A stretch of 64,000 nucleotides of DNA from the NCBI GenBank assembly GCA_020633655.1, contig JACKDF010000001.1, positions 264,700 to 328,699 of the forward strand, read 5' to 3'. How positions within the stretch are numbered: position 1 is the first letter of the stretch; each line of letters begins with the position of its first letter. Origin of the DNA: Deferribacteres bacterium. GTDB taxonomy: Bacteria > Zhuqueibacterota > Zhuqueibacteria > Zhuqueibacterales > Geothermadaptataceae. A model generated the notes under the pieces. It had not been told where the DNA came from. It did not search any database and saw nothing but the letters and a program-made list of their open reading frames with translations. Made by a program: the position numbers and the translations under genes. Positions 45,445-57,150 of the stretch are shown in pieces.

Positions 45445-45864
45445 TTAAGCGATGTTGTTACCAAATTGTTTAATGGTTGCATGAAGGGAATCCAGCTTCT
45501 CTGCTAATTCATCATAACTTTCTGGAGCTTGATCGAGATTTTTTTCCTTTCCCATGAACTCGAGCGATCGTGCCATTTCGAACACCGGGCCAGTCGGAGT
45601 GAAATTACTGACTGAGCCTTTCAGCGTGTGCGCCGCACGAGCAAGCGCTTCGTGATCATTTTCTTCAATATGCTGTTTTATCTGATTTAACAGATCGGTA
45701 CTATTGTCCAGGAAAATATCAAAGAGTTCCTGCAGAAACTCCGCATCACCGCCGACGCGTTCCAACAGCTCATTGAAATCGATGCTGGCTTCAACGCTGG
45801 TTACCTCATGTCCGCCCGCATCTTTACCTGATAAATTCATATTTCGCTCCTGTAAAATGTCCAT
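45445..45864 (-). CDS. Hpt (histidine phosphotransfer) domain protein
   Basis: 139 aa and all-alpha, with the phospho-accepting motif AAHTLKGSVSNF. Confidence 0.8.
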   Translation of the reverse strand: MDILQERNMNLSGKDAGGHEVTSVEASIDFNELLERVGGDAEFLQELFDIFLDNSTDLLNQIKQHIEENDHEALARAAHTLKGSVSNFTPTGPVFEMARSLEFMGKEKNLDQAPESYDELAEKLDSLHATIKQFGNNIA

Positions 45865-45986
45865 TTCAGTTTAATCTTTCCTGCCTCTGCACCCGATAGA
45901 TAAACTGAAGATCGTCTGCAACCGGTATAATGTTAGTTTCGACCACGGCGTGCGTTTTTTCAAAGATTCACAGAAAGGAAACAATT

Positions 45987-46361
45987 ATGCAAAATTCGGG
46001 CGGCGGTGATGGGAGTCGGATTGAAAATCGTAATAATCCACGTTTCAACTGCTGGTGCAATCTGCAATTTCATAACAGCATGACATGGAAAAGGGGAATT
46101 GCAACGGATATAAGTGAAACCGGAATTCACATCGTAACACTGCACCCGCTAAACGAGGGGAAGAGAATAAAACTATGTTTTGATGAGCCGGGGAGCCTCG
46201 ATTACCAGACAATTGTCGGGGAAGTTGTGTGGAAAAATGACCAATCGCCCTTTGAATCGAAATCCTGGATTGCCCCTGGGATGGGCATTCAATTTCTTTC
46301 AAAACTACCGATTGAAGAAATGGAATTTGCCTTTAATATCAAAACCTACGAAGCAGAATAA
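45987..46361 (+). CDS. PilZ domain protein (c-di-GMP receptor family)
   Basis: Starting from the ATG at 45987 (AAAGGAA RBS), the protein carries RIENR (RxxxR) and then DISETG (D/NxSxxG) about 30 aa later, which are the PilZ signatures. Confidence 0.7.
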   Translation: MQNSGGGDGSRIENRNNPRFNCWCNLQFHNSMTWKRGIATDISETGIHIVTLHPLNEGKRIKLCFDEPGSLDYQTIVGEVVWKNDQSPFESKSWIAPGMGIQFLSKLPIEEMEFAFNIKTYEAE

Positions 46362-46373
46362 GCTGATAGCAAA

Positions 46374-46415
46374 GCAGTGCACACAAGGAAACATCCTGGT
46401 GCACTGCGTATTTTT
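46374..46415 (+). terminator. rho-independent terminator after the PilZ gene
   Basis: GCAGTGCAC-N16-GTGCACTGC forms a perfect 9-bp stem followed by GTATTTTT. The T-run overlaps the glgC stop codon on the other strand. Confidence 0.7.
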
Positions 46416-47706
46416 AACCTATTTCACTGTTGTGAGCAATGACGGCATCTTTTGGAACGATGAGAATCCCTTCTTTTATCGAGTAATTCTTCTCGGTTTT
46501 CTCTTTAACGCGCCCTGCAACCTTCATTTTCACATTTTCCCCAATACGTGCATTTTTATCAATGATTGCTTTCTCTATTATCGAATTTTTACCAATTCCC
46601 ACCCGCGGCAAGCCATTTTTGTCATTTTCTTTCAGCTCATGGTCGGTTTCCATAAAATCCGCCCCCATAAGCACAACACCATCAAGCTTACAACCTTTTT
46701 GCACGACACTACGCACGCCTATAATGCTGTCGTTGATTTCTGAGTTATCCAGACGTGCAGCATCGCAAACAAGGGATCTGGAAATCTTGCATTCATTGAT
46801 TTGTGCACCGGGCAAAAAACGGGCGTGCGTGTAAATTGGCCTGTTTTCCTCGTAAAAATTAAATTTTGGCGCCGGCTTGGTCAGATCGATCATTGCCTCA
46901 TAAAAGGATTTTATGGTTCCGATATCTTCCCAGTAGCTATCAAAATAATGGGCAACAACGTTGTATTTTTTAATGGCCTGTGGAAAAATGCCCTTGCCAA
47001 AATCGCTTTCATTGCTCTCTTCCAGCATATCGAACAAAGCTTTTCGGGAAAAAATATAAATTCCCATAGAAGCCAGCATACAATCCGTTGATCCTGCATA
47101 TCCTTGTGCCTTTACCCATTGCATATTTGGTGAGAACAATTTCAACAATTCAGGGCTGTCCGGTTTTTCGTAAAAGCTGACAATTTTTCCCTTATTATCT
47201 GTTTTTAAAACACCAAACTGATCTGCATTTTCTTTCCCGATGGGTAACACGGATACAGTTACGTCCGCCTGCTGTGCCTTGTGGGTATCAAGCATTTTTT
47301 GGTAATTCATACGGTACAGATGATCACCGGATAAAATGATAAAATACTCGAATTTTTTGTTACTGAGATAGATCAGATTCTGACGAACGGCATCTGCAGT
47401 CCCCTGATACCAGTTTGTATTACTCAAAGTTTGCTGAGCAGCCAGAATTTGCGCAAAACCGTTCGACCACGGTGCAAAGGGGTATGTCTGTGTCAAATGA
47501 CGATGAAGTGATTCTGAGGCAAATTGGGTAAGAACAAACATTTTACGTATGCCTGAATGCAGACAATTACTCATAGCAATATCGATGAGACGAAATTTCC
47601 CGGCAATCGGCACGGCTGGTTTGGATCTTTTTTCTGTGAGTGGGCTTAGACGAGATCCCTGTCCTCCTGCCAACACGATGGCAACAAAGTTGTCAATGAT
47701 ATGCAT
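46414..47706 (-). CDS. glgC: glucose-1-phosphate adenylyltransferase
   Basis: 430 aa with the N-terminal LAGGQGSRLSPLTEKRSKPAVPIAGKFRLID, the WYQGTADAV block and a C-terminal left-handed beta-helix region. Confidence 0.92.
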   Translation of the reverse strand: MHIIDNFVAIVLAGGQGSRLSPLTEKRSKPAVPIAGKFRLIDIAMSNCLHSGIRKMFVLTQFASESLHRHLTQTYPFAPWSNGFAQILAAQQTLSNTNWYQGTADAVRQNLIYLSNKKFEYFIILSGDHLYRMNYQKMLDTHKAQQADVTVSVLPIGKENADQFGVLKTDNKGKIVSFYEKPDSPELLKLFSPNMQWVKAQGYAGSTDCMLASMGIYIFSRKALFDMLEESNESDFGKGIFPQAIKKYNVVAHYFDSYWEDIGTIKSFYEAMIDLTKPAPKFNFYEENRPIYTHARFLPGAQINECKISRSLVCDAARLDNSEINDSIIGVRSVVQKGCKLDGVVLMGADFMETDHELKENDKNGLPRVGIGKNSIIEKAIIDKNARIGENVKMKVAGRVKEKTEKNYSIKEGILIVPKDAVIAHNSEIG

Positions 47707-47892
47707 TATTACCCTTCCCAGTTAGAATATAATTTGTAGTCAAACCCCAATTTTGAGATGTTTTGGGGGGTGGAAATTTCATCGCGCAATGTGCCTGCTT
47801 TATTCATGGAATACCCAAAATGAAGGACGGGCGGGAGCTATCTCCTGCCCGGTTCTGGTGGTTTATTTTTAAAACAGGTACTGTGGGTAAAG

Positions 47893-48402
47893 TTAATTTT
47901 CAAAATTCTGCAGTTCTTTTTCTATGCGGTCATCGTAATCCTGCAAGGTTTTGTTTTTTATTGCCGTGGATTTTTGCCCAATCTGACGTGTCCGGGACAA
48001 ATAGTGCCACACGATGAGTCCACCGATGAGCAAAGCCACAATTGGCAAAATAAAAGCCATGTAATTGAATCCTTCGAGCTTCGGCGTGGCGAGAATTCGC
48101 TCGCCATATTGTGCCACCATTGCAGCTTTAATCTGCTCTTCTGTTTTCCCCTCCTGCAAGAGCCGCGTTACTGCATCTTGTACAGCCGTCGACGCGGATG
48201 ATTTGTGCAGATTAACGGTTTCGCTCCAACAGCATGGGGCAATGAGTTGTGAAGTTATGGCTTCCACCTGATGTTGCGTGACTTCAGCTCGTTGTTTTGA
48301 GTTCCCGGTCACTGTTGAATCAACTTTTTCCTGCGCCATAGAGACGCCAGCAAGAACAAGAATTACTGGGAAAATCAATGAGCGAATTTTTAAGCGAAAC
48401 AT
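47893..48402 (-). CDS. CcmH/NrfF-family cytochrome c biogenesis-like protein (atypical Cys motif)
   Basis: The ATG at 48402 has a GGAGGAAA RBS and a signal peptide follows. The stretch LIAPCCWSETVNLHKSSAS...LLQEGKTEEQIKAAMVAQYGERIL...TM aligns with E. coli CcmH (LRCPQCQNQNL...GKS..EI..FM..RYGDFV...TM) as I remember it. The CxxC motif is replaced by PCC. Confidence 0.55.
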   Translation of the reverse strand: MFRLKIRSLIFPVILVLAGVSMAQEKVDSTVTGNSKQRAEVTQHQVEAITSQLIAPCCWSETVNLHKSSASTAVQDAVTRLLQEGKTEEQIKAAMVAQYGERILATPKLEGFNYMAFILPIVALLIGGLIVWHYLSRTRQIGQKSTAIKNKTLQDYDDRIEKELQNFEN

Positions 48403-48764
48403 GGACTGTTTCCTCCGATGAAAAAATAATTTGAGTTGGAAATGCCGCACGTGTTATTAAAAATCAGCCTGCAATTTACAAGTGAATGCACTTTTATTCA
48501 TTACACTGTTGTAAATCCTGCTAAAATGCTGCTGTATTAACTGCAAATCCGTTACATAAAAAATAAAAGTTAAATCTAAAAACACAAATGCTTTATATAG
48601 AATTACTCGTACTCTTGCAAAATCAAACTCCTTTCATACTCAACAAATCAGGAGCACCTTCCGAATGAGCGGGATGTTCCGACTTTTCCACAATGCTTGA
48701 GAGATGTCTTCAAATGCGTCGTTTTCAGTTGCAATCGACTGTAATGGAACAAAACCTATTAAAA

Positions 48765-51700
48765 TTAGAATACTCGCCCAATTCCCACAAGCCAGCGGAA
48801 GGCGAACGTATCCTCACCGGCCGACAAGAAAAATGGAAAGTCAATGCGAAAATTAGGTACATCGCCAAGTATGCCGCGTGCTTTGCTCTGCAGTCGTGGT
48901 GTCCAGAGCAGTCCGAGCCCGGCATCAAACACCGGTTCCGGTAAGGAAAAATCATCATTTCGATACGTAAATTTCGCAGCAGCACCATCCGCAAACGTAT
49001 ATAAATCGAAATGCAGCAGCGAATGAATGCCTGGCAATTTCGCAACAAATTTATTCATCGGATTCCATATTGCAAGTTCAACATTCACACTCGCCAGGCG
49101 GTTCCCGGCAAAATCCATAACAGATTCTGCTTGGCGCATCGCTTCAATAATTTCCGGATGCAAACCACGGACATTTCCGCCGCCTCCTGTATGAATATGT
49201 CCATTCCGTGCCCAGCAGGTCGGCAATGCCCCATAAGCGCTCAGCCAGCCATTTTTGATAGAATCATACGGACTTCCCATACTGCTGTAGAGTAAAGAGT
49301 GCGCTGGTGTTCCCGCAGTAGCATATCCAAAAAATGTACGGGTTTGAAGTTTTAATTTTGCGAGTTCAAATGCATTTAGTGCTTCAAAAGTGATTTTGCT
49401 GTACTGGGTATCCGTTCCCGGCAGAGAATTTTCCAAAAGCAGGTGCATCTGACCATCATGCTGCCAAGTCTTCCCAAAAGCATAATTCCGGTGAATCCCG
49501 GTGCGCATGACATGAAATGTTTTTATTTTCGATTGCGTCCCCTCCTGTTCTCTCCAAAACCAGGGCGTATTCAAATAGGATAAATCATATACCGAGGCTG
49601 TCTTAAGGTTTATTTCAAGCGTCGTTTGCTGCCGGTAATCCCATGCGTGCCCGGCAAGCATATGTGTATACGAAATGCCGTGCTCCTGGTATCCATAATC
49701 GCGCATACCAATTACTGAAAATCGGGCTTCACGATTTTGCCGGTTGAAAGGCTGAGTGTAAGAAAACCGGTAACTCACTGGTTCCTCGGGGAGTCGGCTT
49801 GCAATATTCACCTGTGCATCGATCTGATGGTCCCCGCCCCACCAACCGTTCATGTACCCACCATCAAGTTGCAAACCAATTCGGGCACCATCACGAAGGT
49901 TGTAACCGAGCTTGGGACGCCAGCGGACTTTGTATGCATCCGTCCGCCAGAAGGGATGATGCCACGCCGGTTCAAATTGCATTCGCGGAAACAAACTGCT
50001 GTAATTATCCAGGCGGTAAATATCCGCGAGTCTTCCACCTGGATCAATTTCGAGGAAAACCGGCTTTTTATCAAATTCGAGGGTGGTCGCATATTCATCA
50101 TTAAAATTTCCCCACCCCGTCCATTTGGGCAACACCACTGGATTGCCCTCTTTCTTTACATTATAATTGATTGGAACGAGTGCATTTTGTTGCGTGCCGT
50201 CCGCAAATGTCAACACCAAATCCAGCGGCATAATAGCGCTGCCCTTGCGTTTCAGCACCATTTCTGTCTGCCATTTATTTTTCTCTTGCCTGACTTTGAA
50301 TTTTTTGATTGCGTAGTCAATTGTCCGGGTTTTCTTTGCCCATTGATCAAAAAACCAGCGCAAATCCCACTTTGTAAACTCACTTATCGCCTGGTAAAAA
50401 TCGTCCCGTTGGGGGTGGCAAAATTTCCATTTGTCGAAATAATACGCCATCGCCTGATGATACAATTCATCGCCCAGAACATACTGCAAATTAAACAGCA
50501 TCACAGCTGTTTTGAAATAGGATTGCCAATATTGGTAGCGTCCTTTGTCTTCCACTAAAAATTTGTCCGAATGTGTTTCCAAAGGCACATCCCGGCCGCT
50601 TTTTACCGTATTGTAGTATTGTATGTAATTGGAATATCGTTCACGGTTTTCATTCGAATATTCATAATCCGCATCCTGATTCCGGGTTTCCGGTGTTCGA
50701 ACCAGTTTGTCCATCGCCCACCAGGTCAGGAATTGTGTAAACCCTTCGTCCATAAATGCGCTGTATGTTTCGTTGGAACCAACCATGCCATAAAACCAGT
50801 TGTGCCCGATTTCGTGGGCGAACAGATTGTAGTAATCGGGTGAAAAACCACCATCGAAGGTGATCATCGGATATTCCATACCGTCATCCACATCCGCGAC
50901 GATCATTTTATGGTATGCATATTCACCGAAATCTTCCGAGTAAACGCGAATCACATCCGCTGCAAATTGCGCTGCATCCAGCCAATAGGCCGCTTTCCAT
51001 TGCCGAACAAAAGCATAACAGGTAATGCCATTCCATTGCGCTTCACCAATACGAAACGATGGATCGGCTGTCCAGGCAAAATCATGCACATTGATAGCAT
51101 GATACCGCCAGGTTTTTGTTAAACCCGGCCCCGGCTCGATAACTTTTTTCTGTCCTGCTAGGTCTGGATCGATAAAATTTTCAATGCGCAATTTATCCCT
51201 TAAAGTATCCGGCAGAACTTCTGCGCGATTCACCAGAAACCCGGTCGCTGCGACGATAAACTCCTCGGGAAGCGTCAATGCTACTTCAAAGGTGCCAAAA
51301 TCCCCGTAGAACTCACGCTCAAGATGTTGCTCGGTGTTCCAGCCAGCCGTACGGTCATAAACGGCTATTCGCGGGTACCATTGTGCGGCATTAAATTGCT
51401 CGAAACCGCTGCTTGGATTATAATTCATGCGCCGTGTATAACTGCCAAAGTAGGTTTTGAAATCGATCTGAAGAACAGTGGAATCACCGGGCGACAATGC
51501 CTGGTTTAAATCAACTTTCATGATGGTGTTATCGAGCATGGTTGCCAGACTATCCCCTGCTTCATCGGTAATTTTCGAAATAAGAATTTGCCCCTTGCGA
51601 GTGCCGGTTAAACGGGAAATCGCCTGCGAGTGTTCGGACAGAAGGTATTGATCAAGGTAACTCCCGGGTTTAAAGGCATTCTGGTAAAGATGGAAAAAGA

Positions 51701-52031
51701 CAAAGTGAAGGGTATCTGGTGAATTATTGTAGTAAGTCAGTTTTTCACTGCCGAAAATAATTCGCGTTTCCGGGTTCAGGCGAGCGGCAATCTCATAATG
51801 TACATCCTGTTGCCAATAGCCCGCAAACGGTGGGCGATTCTTCCAGTAATAGGTATTTTCTGGGCTGCGATAAGGAACACCGAGGGAACGTTCAGGATTG
51901 TGTGGTATACTCCCCGCATAGCCGGTAGAAAACAACAGCAGAGAAAAAACCAACCAACAGTAATGCAAAGCATAACGATGAATTGTAGTCACGAATTTCG
52001 TGCCGGATTTGATTAAAATAATGAATGGCAT
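48765..52031 (-). CDS. M1-family (gluzincin) metallopeptidase fused to a large C-terminal beta-barrel-like domain
   Basis: HEIGH is encoded at 50816-50802 on the minus strand, within LFAHEIGHNWFYGMVGSNETYSAFMDEGFTQF, which gives HExxH plus an E 18-19 aa later. The N-terminal M1 beta-domain is present. The last ~480 aa are rich in alternating aromatic/Gly strands and end in WLVGIGRVF, an OMP-like terminal Phe. The start is ambiguous between 52031 and 52106. Confidence 0.75.
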   Translation of the reverse strand: MPFIILIKSGTKFVTTIHRYALHYCWLVFSLLLFSTGYAGSIPHNPERSLGVPYRSPENTYYWKNRPPFAGYWQQDVHYEIAARLNPETRIIFGSEKLTYYNNSPDTLHFVFFHLYQNAFKPGSYLDQYLLSEHSQAISRLTGTRKGQILISKITDEAGDSLATMLDNTIMKVDLNQALSPGDSTVLQIDFKTYFGSYTRRMNYNPSSGFEQFNAAQWYPRIAVYDRTAGWNTEQHLEREFYGDFGTFEVALTLPEEFIVAATGFLVNRAEVLPDTLRDKLRIENFIDPDLAGQKKVIEPGPGLTKTWRYHAINVHDFAWTADPSFRIGEAQWNGITCYAFVRQWKAAYWLDAAQFAADVIRVYSEDFGEYAYHKMIVADVDDGMEYPMITFDGGFSPDYYNLFAHEIGHNWFYGMVGSNETYSAFMDEGFTQFLTWWAMDKLVRTPETRNQDADYEYSNENRERYSNYIQYYNTVKSGRDVPLETHSDKFLVEDKGRYQYWQSYFKTAVMLFNLQYVLGDELYHQAMAYYFDKWKFCHPQRDDFYQAISEFTKWDLRWFFDQWAKKTRTIDYAIKKFKVRQEKNKWQTEMVLKRKGSAIMPLDLVLTFADGTQQNALVPINYNVKKEGNPVVLPKWTGWGNFNDEYATTLEFDKKPVFLEIDPGGRLADIYRLDNYSSLFPRMQFEPAWHHPFWRTDAYKVRWRPKLGYNLRDGARIGLQLDGGYMNGWWGGDHQIDAQVNIASRLPEEPVSYRFSYTQPFNRQNREARFSVIGMRDYGYQEHGISYTHMLAGHAWDYRQQTTLEINLKTASVYDLSYLNTPWFWREQEGTQSKIKTFHVMRTGIHRNYAFGKTWQHDGQMHLLLENSLPGTDTQYSKITFEALNAFELAKLKLQTRTFFGYATAGTPAHSLLYSSMGSPYDSIKNGWLSAYGALPTCWARNGHIHTGGGGNVRGLHPEIIEAMRQAESVMDFAGNRLASVNVELAIWNPMNKFVAKLPGIHSLLHFDLYTFADGAAAKFTYRNDDFSLPEPVFDAGLGLLWTPRLQSKARGILGDVPNFRIDFPFFLSAGEDTFAFRWLVGIGRVF

Positions 52032-52470
52032 ACAGGTTTGCTTTGTGAATAAATGATTGAAGGACGAATGCGTTCGCGCACATTTACCGGGTTGAGGAAA
52101 TCTCACCGGGTTTAACTTCGATGAAAAAAATCCTATTCAGTCAGTTTTACCTTTCGACGGCTCTGTGATGTCCTGCAACAAAAGCATGATGCGGTGTCTT
52201 TATCCGTAACTGACCGGAATTGATTCTGACAATACTAAAAAAAGGAGAAATATCCAATAACTGTTCCTGCAAGAGCCTTCTCCAGCAATAAACCAACATT
52301 CCAATCCAGCTCAAAAAAAATGCGCTTCTGTTCAACTCTATTAATTTCAATTAACCTTTATAAACACTTCTAAAGGATATACAAATAAAACCGTTAATCA
52401 AACAGATAAAGCGGACGATTTTCAACGCAAACCTTCTATTTTTTTTGAACTAACACCAGTTGGAGGACTC

Positions 52471-53487
52471 ATGTCTCCCTCAGCACTACAAATTCAAACC
52501 AGGATGTTTAAGGGGATCTTTCTTTTCGTCGCAATTCCATTGTTTTTATTTGCGATAGCCACTGAAATTTTCGCTCAGAGTAAACCTTACGACATCAACG
52601 GTTGTATTCAAACAACCGCAATCAAATCGGAAAATAACGATGGTTTTCTGTTTGGTTTTGACCGGGTACGCTTAACCGTCAAAGGTGCATTAAATCCAAA
52701 AGTGGATTTCCGACTGCAGGTAGATTTTAGTAAACAGAGTACAGACATCGATAAGGACGGCGATTCACCCGGAATTATCAAAGATGCAGAAATGAAGATC
52801 AAGGCAAATTCACATGTGGTTGTCCACTTTGGTAAATTCAAAACCCCCATCGGCACGGAGTTTAATATGTCCGGCCAGAAACTGGATTTCGTCAAGCGTG
52901 GTTTGGGGCAAGCCCTCGTGTTCGAAAGAAACCTCGGTGCAATGGTACGCGCGAGCAAACTGAATAAGATGAATCTGGGATTTGATTTGGGGGTCTTTAA
53001 TCCCGGACCCAGTAAAGCAAACGACATTGGAAGCGCGGCTGCCGGCAATGATTACACCCTCGCCGGGCGCGTGCATGCGACTCCGGTTAAAAATGTGTTT
53101 GCCGAAGCCTATTTTGGAAATGCAATGACCAGTGTAGTCGACCAGGAAAATGTCAGTATATTCGGTGCCGGCGTAAAGACAAAATTCGACAAGTTAAACG
53201 TCAATGGCGAATTCATGATGCGCAAGGATGGCAACAGCGCAGCACAGGATGGCACTGATTTCTGGTTCAGCGCTGCCTACCTCGTCACGCCTGAATTTGA
53301 ACCTGTATTAAAATTTGAAAAACTTGATGTCAGTGCAGATGCCAGCGATCAGGCCATAACTGTAATCGGCTTTAACTATTTTTTCAATCCAAAAGACCAT
53401 CATCAGTCTAAAATTCAAGTTAATTATCATATGTCTGACCTGGATGGCTATGACGCAATTCAATTTATGTTCCAGGTTAAATATTAA
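52471..53487 (+). CDS. outer-membrane porin (phosphate-selective OprO/P-like by context)
   Basis: A GGAGG RBS and a signal peptide ending in IFAQS are present. The 338-aa protein has alternating-strand barrel character and ends in FMFQVKY. It lies 10-22 nt upstream of the PstS-like gene. The family assignment is tentative. Confidence 0.55.
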   Translation: MSPSALQIQTRMFKGIFLFVAIPLFLFAIATEIFAQSKPYDINGCIQTTAIKSENNDGFLFGFDRVRLTVKGALNPKVDFRLQVDFSKQSTDIDKDGDSPGIIKDAEMKIKANSHVVVHFGKFKTPIGTEFNMSGQKLDFVKRGLGQALVFERNLGAMVRASKLNKMNLGFDLGVFNPGPSKANDIGSAAAGNDYTLAGRVHATPVKNVFAEAYFGNAMTSVVDQENVSIFGAGVKTKFDKLNVNGEFMMRKDGNSAAQDGTDFWFSAAYLVTPEFEPVLKFEKLDVSADASDQAITVIGFNYFFNPKDHHQSKIQVNYHMSDLDGYDAIQFMFQVKY

Positions 53488-53508
53488 TTCAATAAAGTGG
53501 AGAAAATT

Positions 53509-54411
53509 ATGAATTCGAAGAACATGCTAAAAAAACTGCTTGTCCTCATGGCTAGTATTGCATTGCTTTCACCTTATGCAGTATTTGCACAAAACAAAAC
53601 TTTGAGCTGGACAGGCTGTGGTATTACGAAAAAAGCCTTCATGCAGGAAATTGCTGCACAGTATGAGAAAAAAACCGGCGTTGCCATCTCCTTGAGCGGT
53701 GGCGGTGCGACCAAAGGTATTCGTGCGACGAGTGCCGGGTCTGTAGACCTCGGTGGAACCTGCCGTCATTTGCTCATGGAAGGGAACAAGCTGCATCCCG
53801 AAGAAAACAATGTGCAACTCATTCAAGTCGCCTGGGACGCAATCGTTGTGATCACCAACAAAAACAATCCAGTGGATAATATTTCCACTGAAAATCTAAA
53901 GAAGGTTTACGATGGCGATATCACAACCTGGAAAGATCTGGGCTCGGATGATAAACGTATTGTATTGTGCACACGTGAAGGCGCTATTTCCGGCGTTGGT
54001 CATATGTTTCGTCTGCTGGTGACGAATTCACCTGGAGAAGAATTCAAAGCAAAATCACTCACGTTCAAATCCAGCGGCCCATTGGAAAAGAAAGTGAAAG
54101 CAACTCCGACTGCTTTGGGTATTACAGGTGTAAGTTCAGCGCGCAAAGCCGGTGTAAAGATTCTCGCCCTCGATGGTGTTGAGCCGACAAAAGAGAACAT
54201 CGCAGCGGGAAAATACCCCCTATTTCGCCCACTTTACCTCGCTGTACATCGTAACCCATCTCCCGACGTTCAGGCATTCGTGAAGTACATTTTAAGTGAT
54301 GAAGGCCAACAGGTGATCTCCAATGAGGGGACTGTCAACCTGCAGGAAGGCAAAGGATTGGTAGCACGCTGGAGCCAGCGCAGCCAGTCGCAAAGTTATC
54401 ACACAGAATAG
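53509..54411 (+). CDS. PstS-family phosphate-binding periplasmic protein (orphan, no pstCAB nearby)
   Basis: The ATG at 53509 follows GGAG, and a signal peptide is present. The blocks SLSGGGATKGIRATSAGSVDLGGTCR, IQVAWDAIVVITNKNNPV..IS...LKKVYDGDITTWKDLG and the LAL/YPLFRPLYL block are typical of PBP-like_2/PstS proteins. Confidence 0.75.
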   Translation: MNSKNMLKKLLVLMASIALLSPYAVFAQNKTLSWTGCGITKKAFMQEIAAQYEKKTGVAISLSGGGATKGIRATSAGSVDLGGTCRHLLMEGNKLHPEENNVQLIQVAWDAIVVITNKNNPVDNISTENLKKVYDGDITTWKDLGSDDKRIVLCTREGAISGVGHMFRLLVTNSPGEEFKAKSLTFKSSGPLEKKVKATPTALGITGVSSARKAGVKILALDGVEPTKENIAAGKYPLFRPLYLAVHRNPSPDVQAFVKYILSDEGQQVISNEGTVNLQEGKGLVARWSQRSQSQSYHTE

Positions 54412-54427
54412 TTTTATAGTGTATTCT

Positions 54428-54752
54428 CAGGGGCTGAGTTAAAACATAACTTTAGAGAATAAATATGCAGTTCGATGTATGTGCGTTTTTGAATGCTTGA
54501 AAATAGGCGGAGCGAAGCGACCGCCAGTCAATTCCCCTTTTGGAAGGGGTGGGCCCGACAGGGCTCGGGGTAGGTAATTTTGAGCTCAGTACTTGCATAA
54601 ATTATCAAGTATTGTGCAGAACCCACCCCAGATCGCGAAAAACCGCTTCGCTTTTTTCGCTGATCTGTCCCCTCCCGAGAGTGGACTTTGAAAAGAAAAA
54701 TTCAGCGTTTTGTGTTTTTATACAGCATTTTTATGTTTTGATTCAGCCCCTG
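54428..54752. mobile_element. ~325-bp foldback element with 22-bp terminal inverted repeats (MITE-like or large structured RNA)
   Basis: The ends CAGGGGCTGAGTTAAAACATAA (54428-54449) and TTATGTTTTGATTCAGCCCCTG (54731-54752) are complementary at 20 of 22 positions. Nested complementary pairs include AGCGAAGCG (54512-20)/CGCTTCGCT (54644-52), GGGGTGGG (~54546-53)/CCCACCCC (~54622-29), a central AGTACTTG...CAAGTATT, and a local 9-bp hairpin GCGAAAAAA-N9-TTTTTTCGC. I found no coding potential and no obvious target-site duplication. Confidence 0.55.
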
Positions 54753-54927
54753 CTGTGATGTAAACTTGTTTTTTACCTGCGGGCACCGATTGTTTGTTGA
54801 ACTTTAACAGAGATTTGGTGCCTGCAATTCTATCTGATCAAACTTCGTTAAGTTTTGAACCAGAAAATTCACAACATCGAATCCCGAGTCGATGTTATAA
54901 TACAGCAATTAGTATAAAATATTTTGA

Positions 54928-57150
<2,223 letters not shown>

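Noticed and set aside
52147-52350. A 67-aa ORF in the spacer between the M1 peptidase gene and the porin gene.
   Set aside because: It has no RBS, its composition is odd, and it sits in a divergent promoter region. It is probably non-coding.
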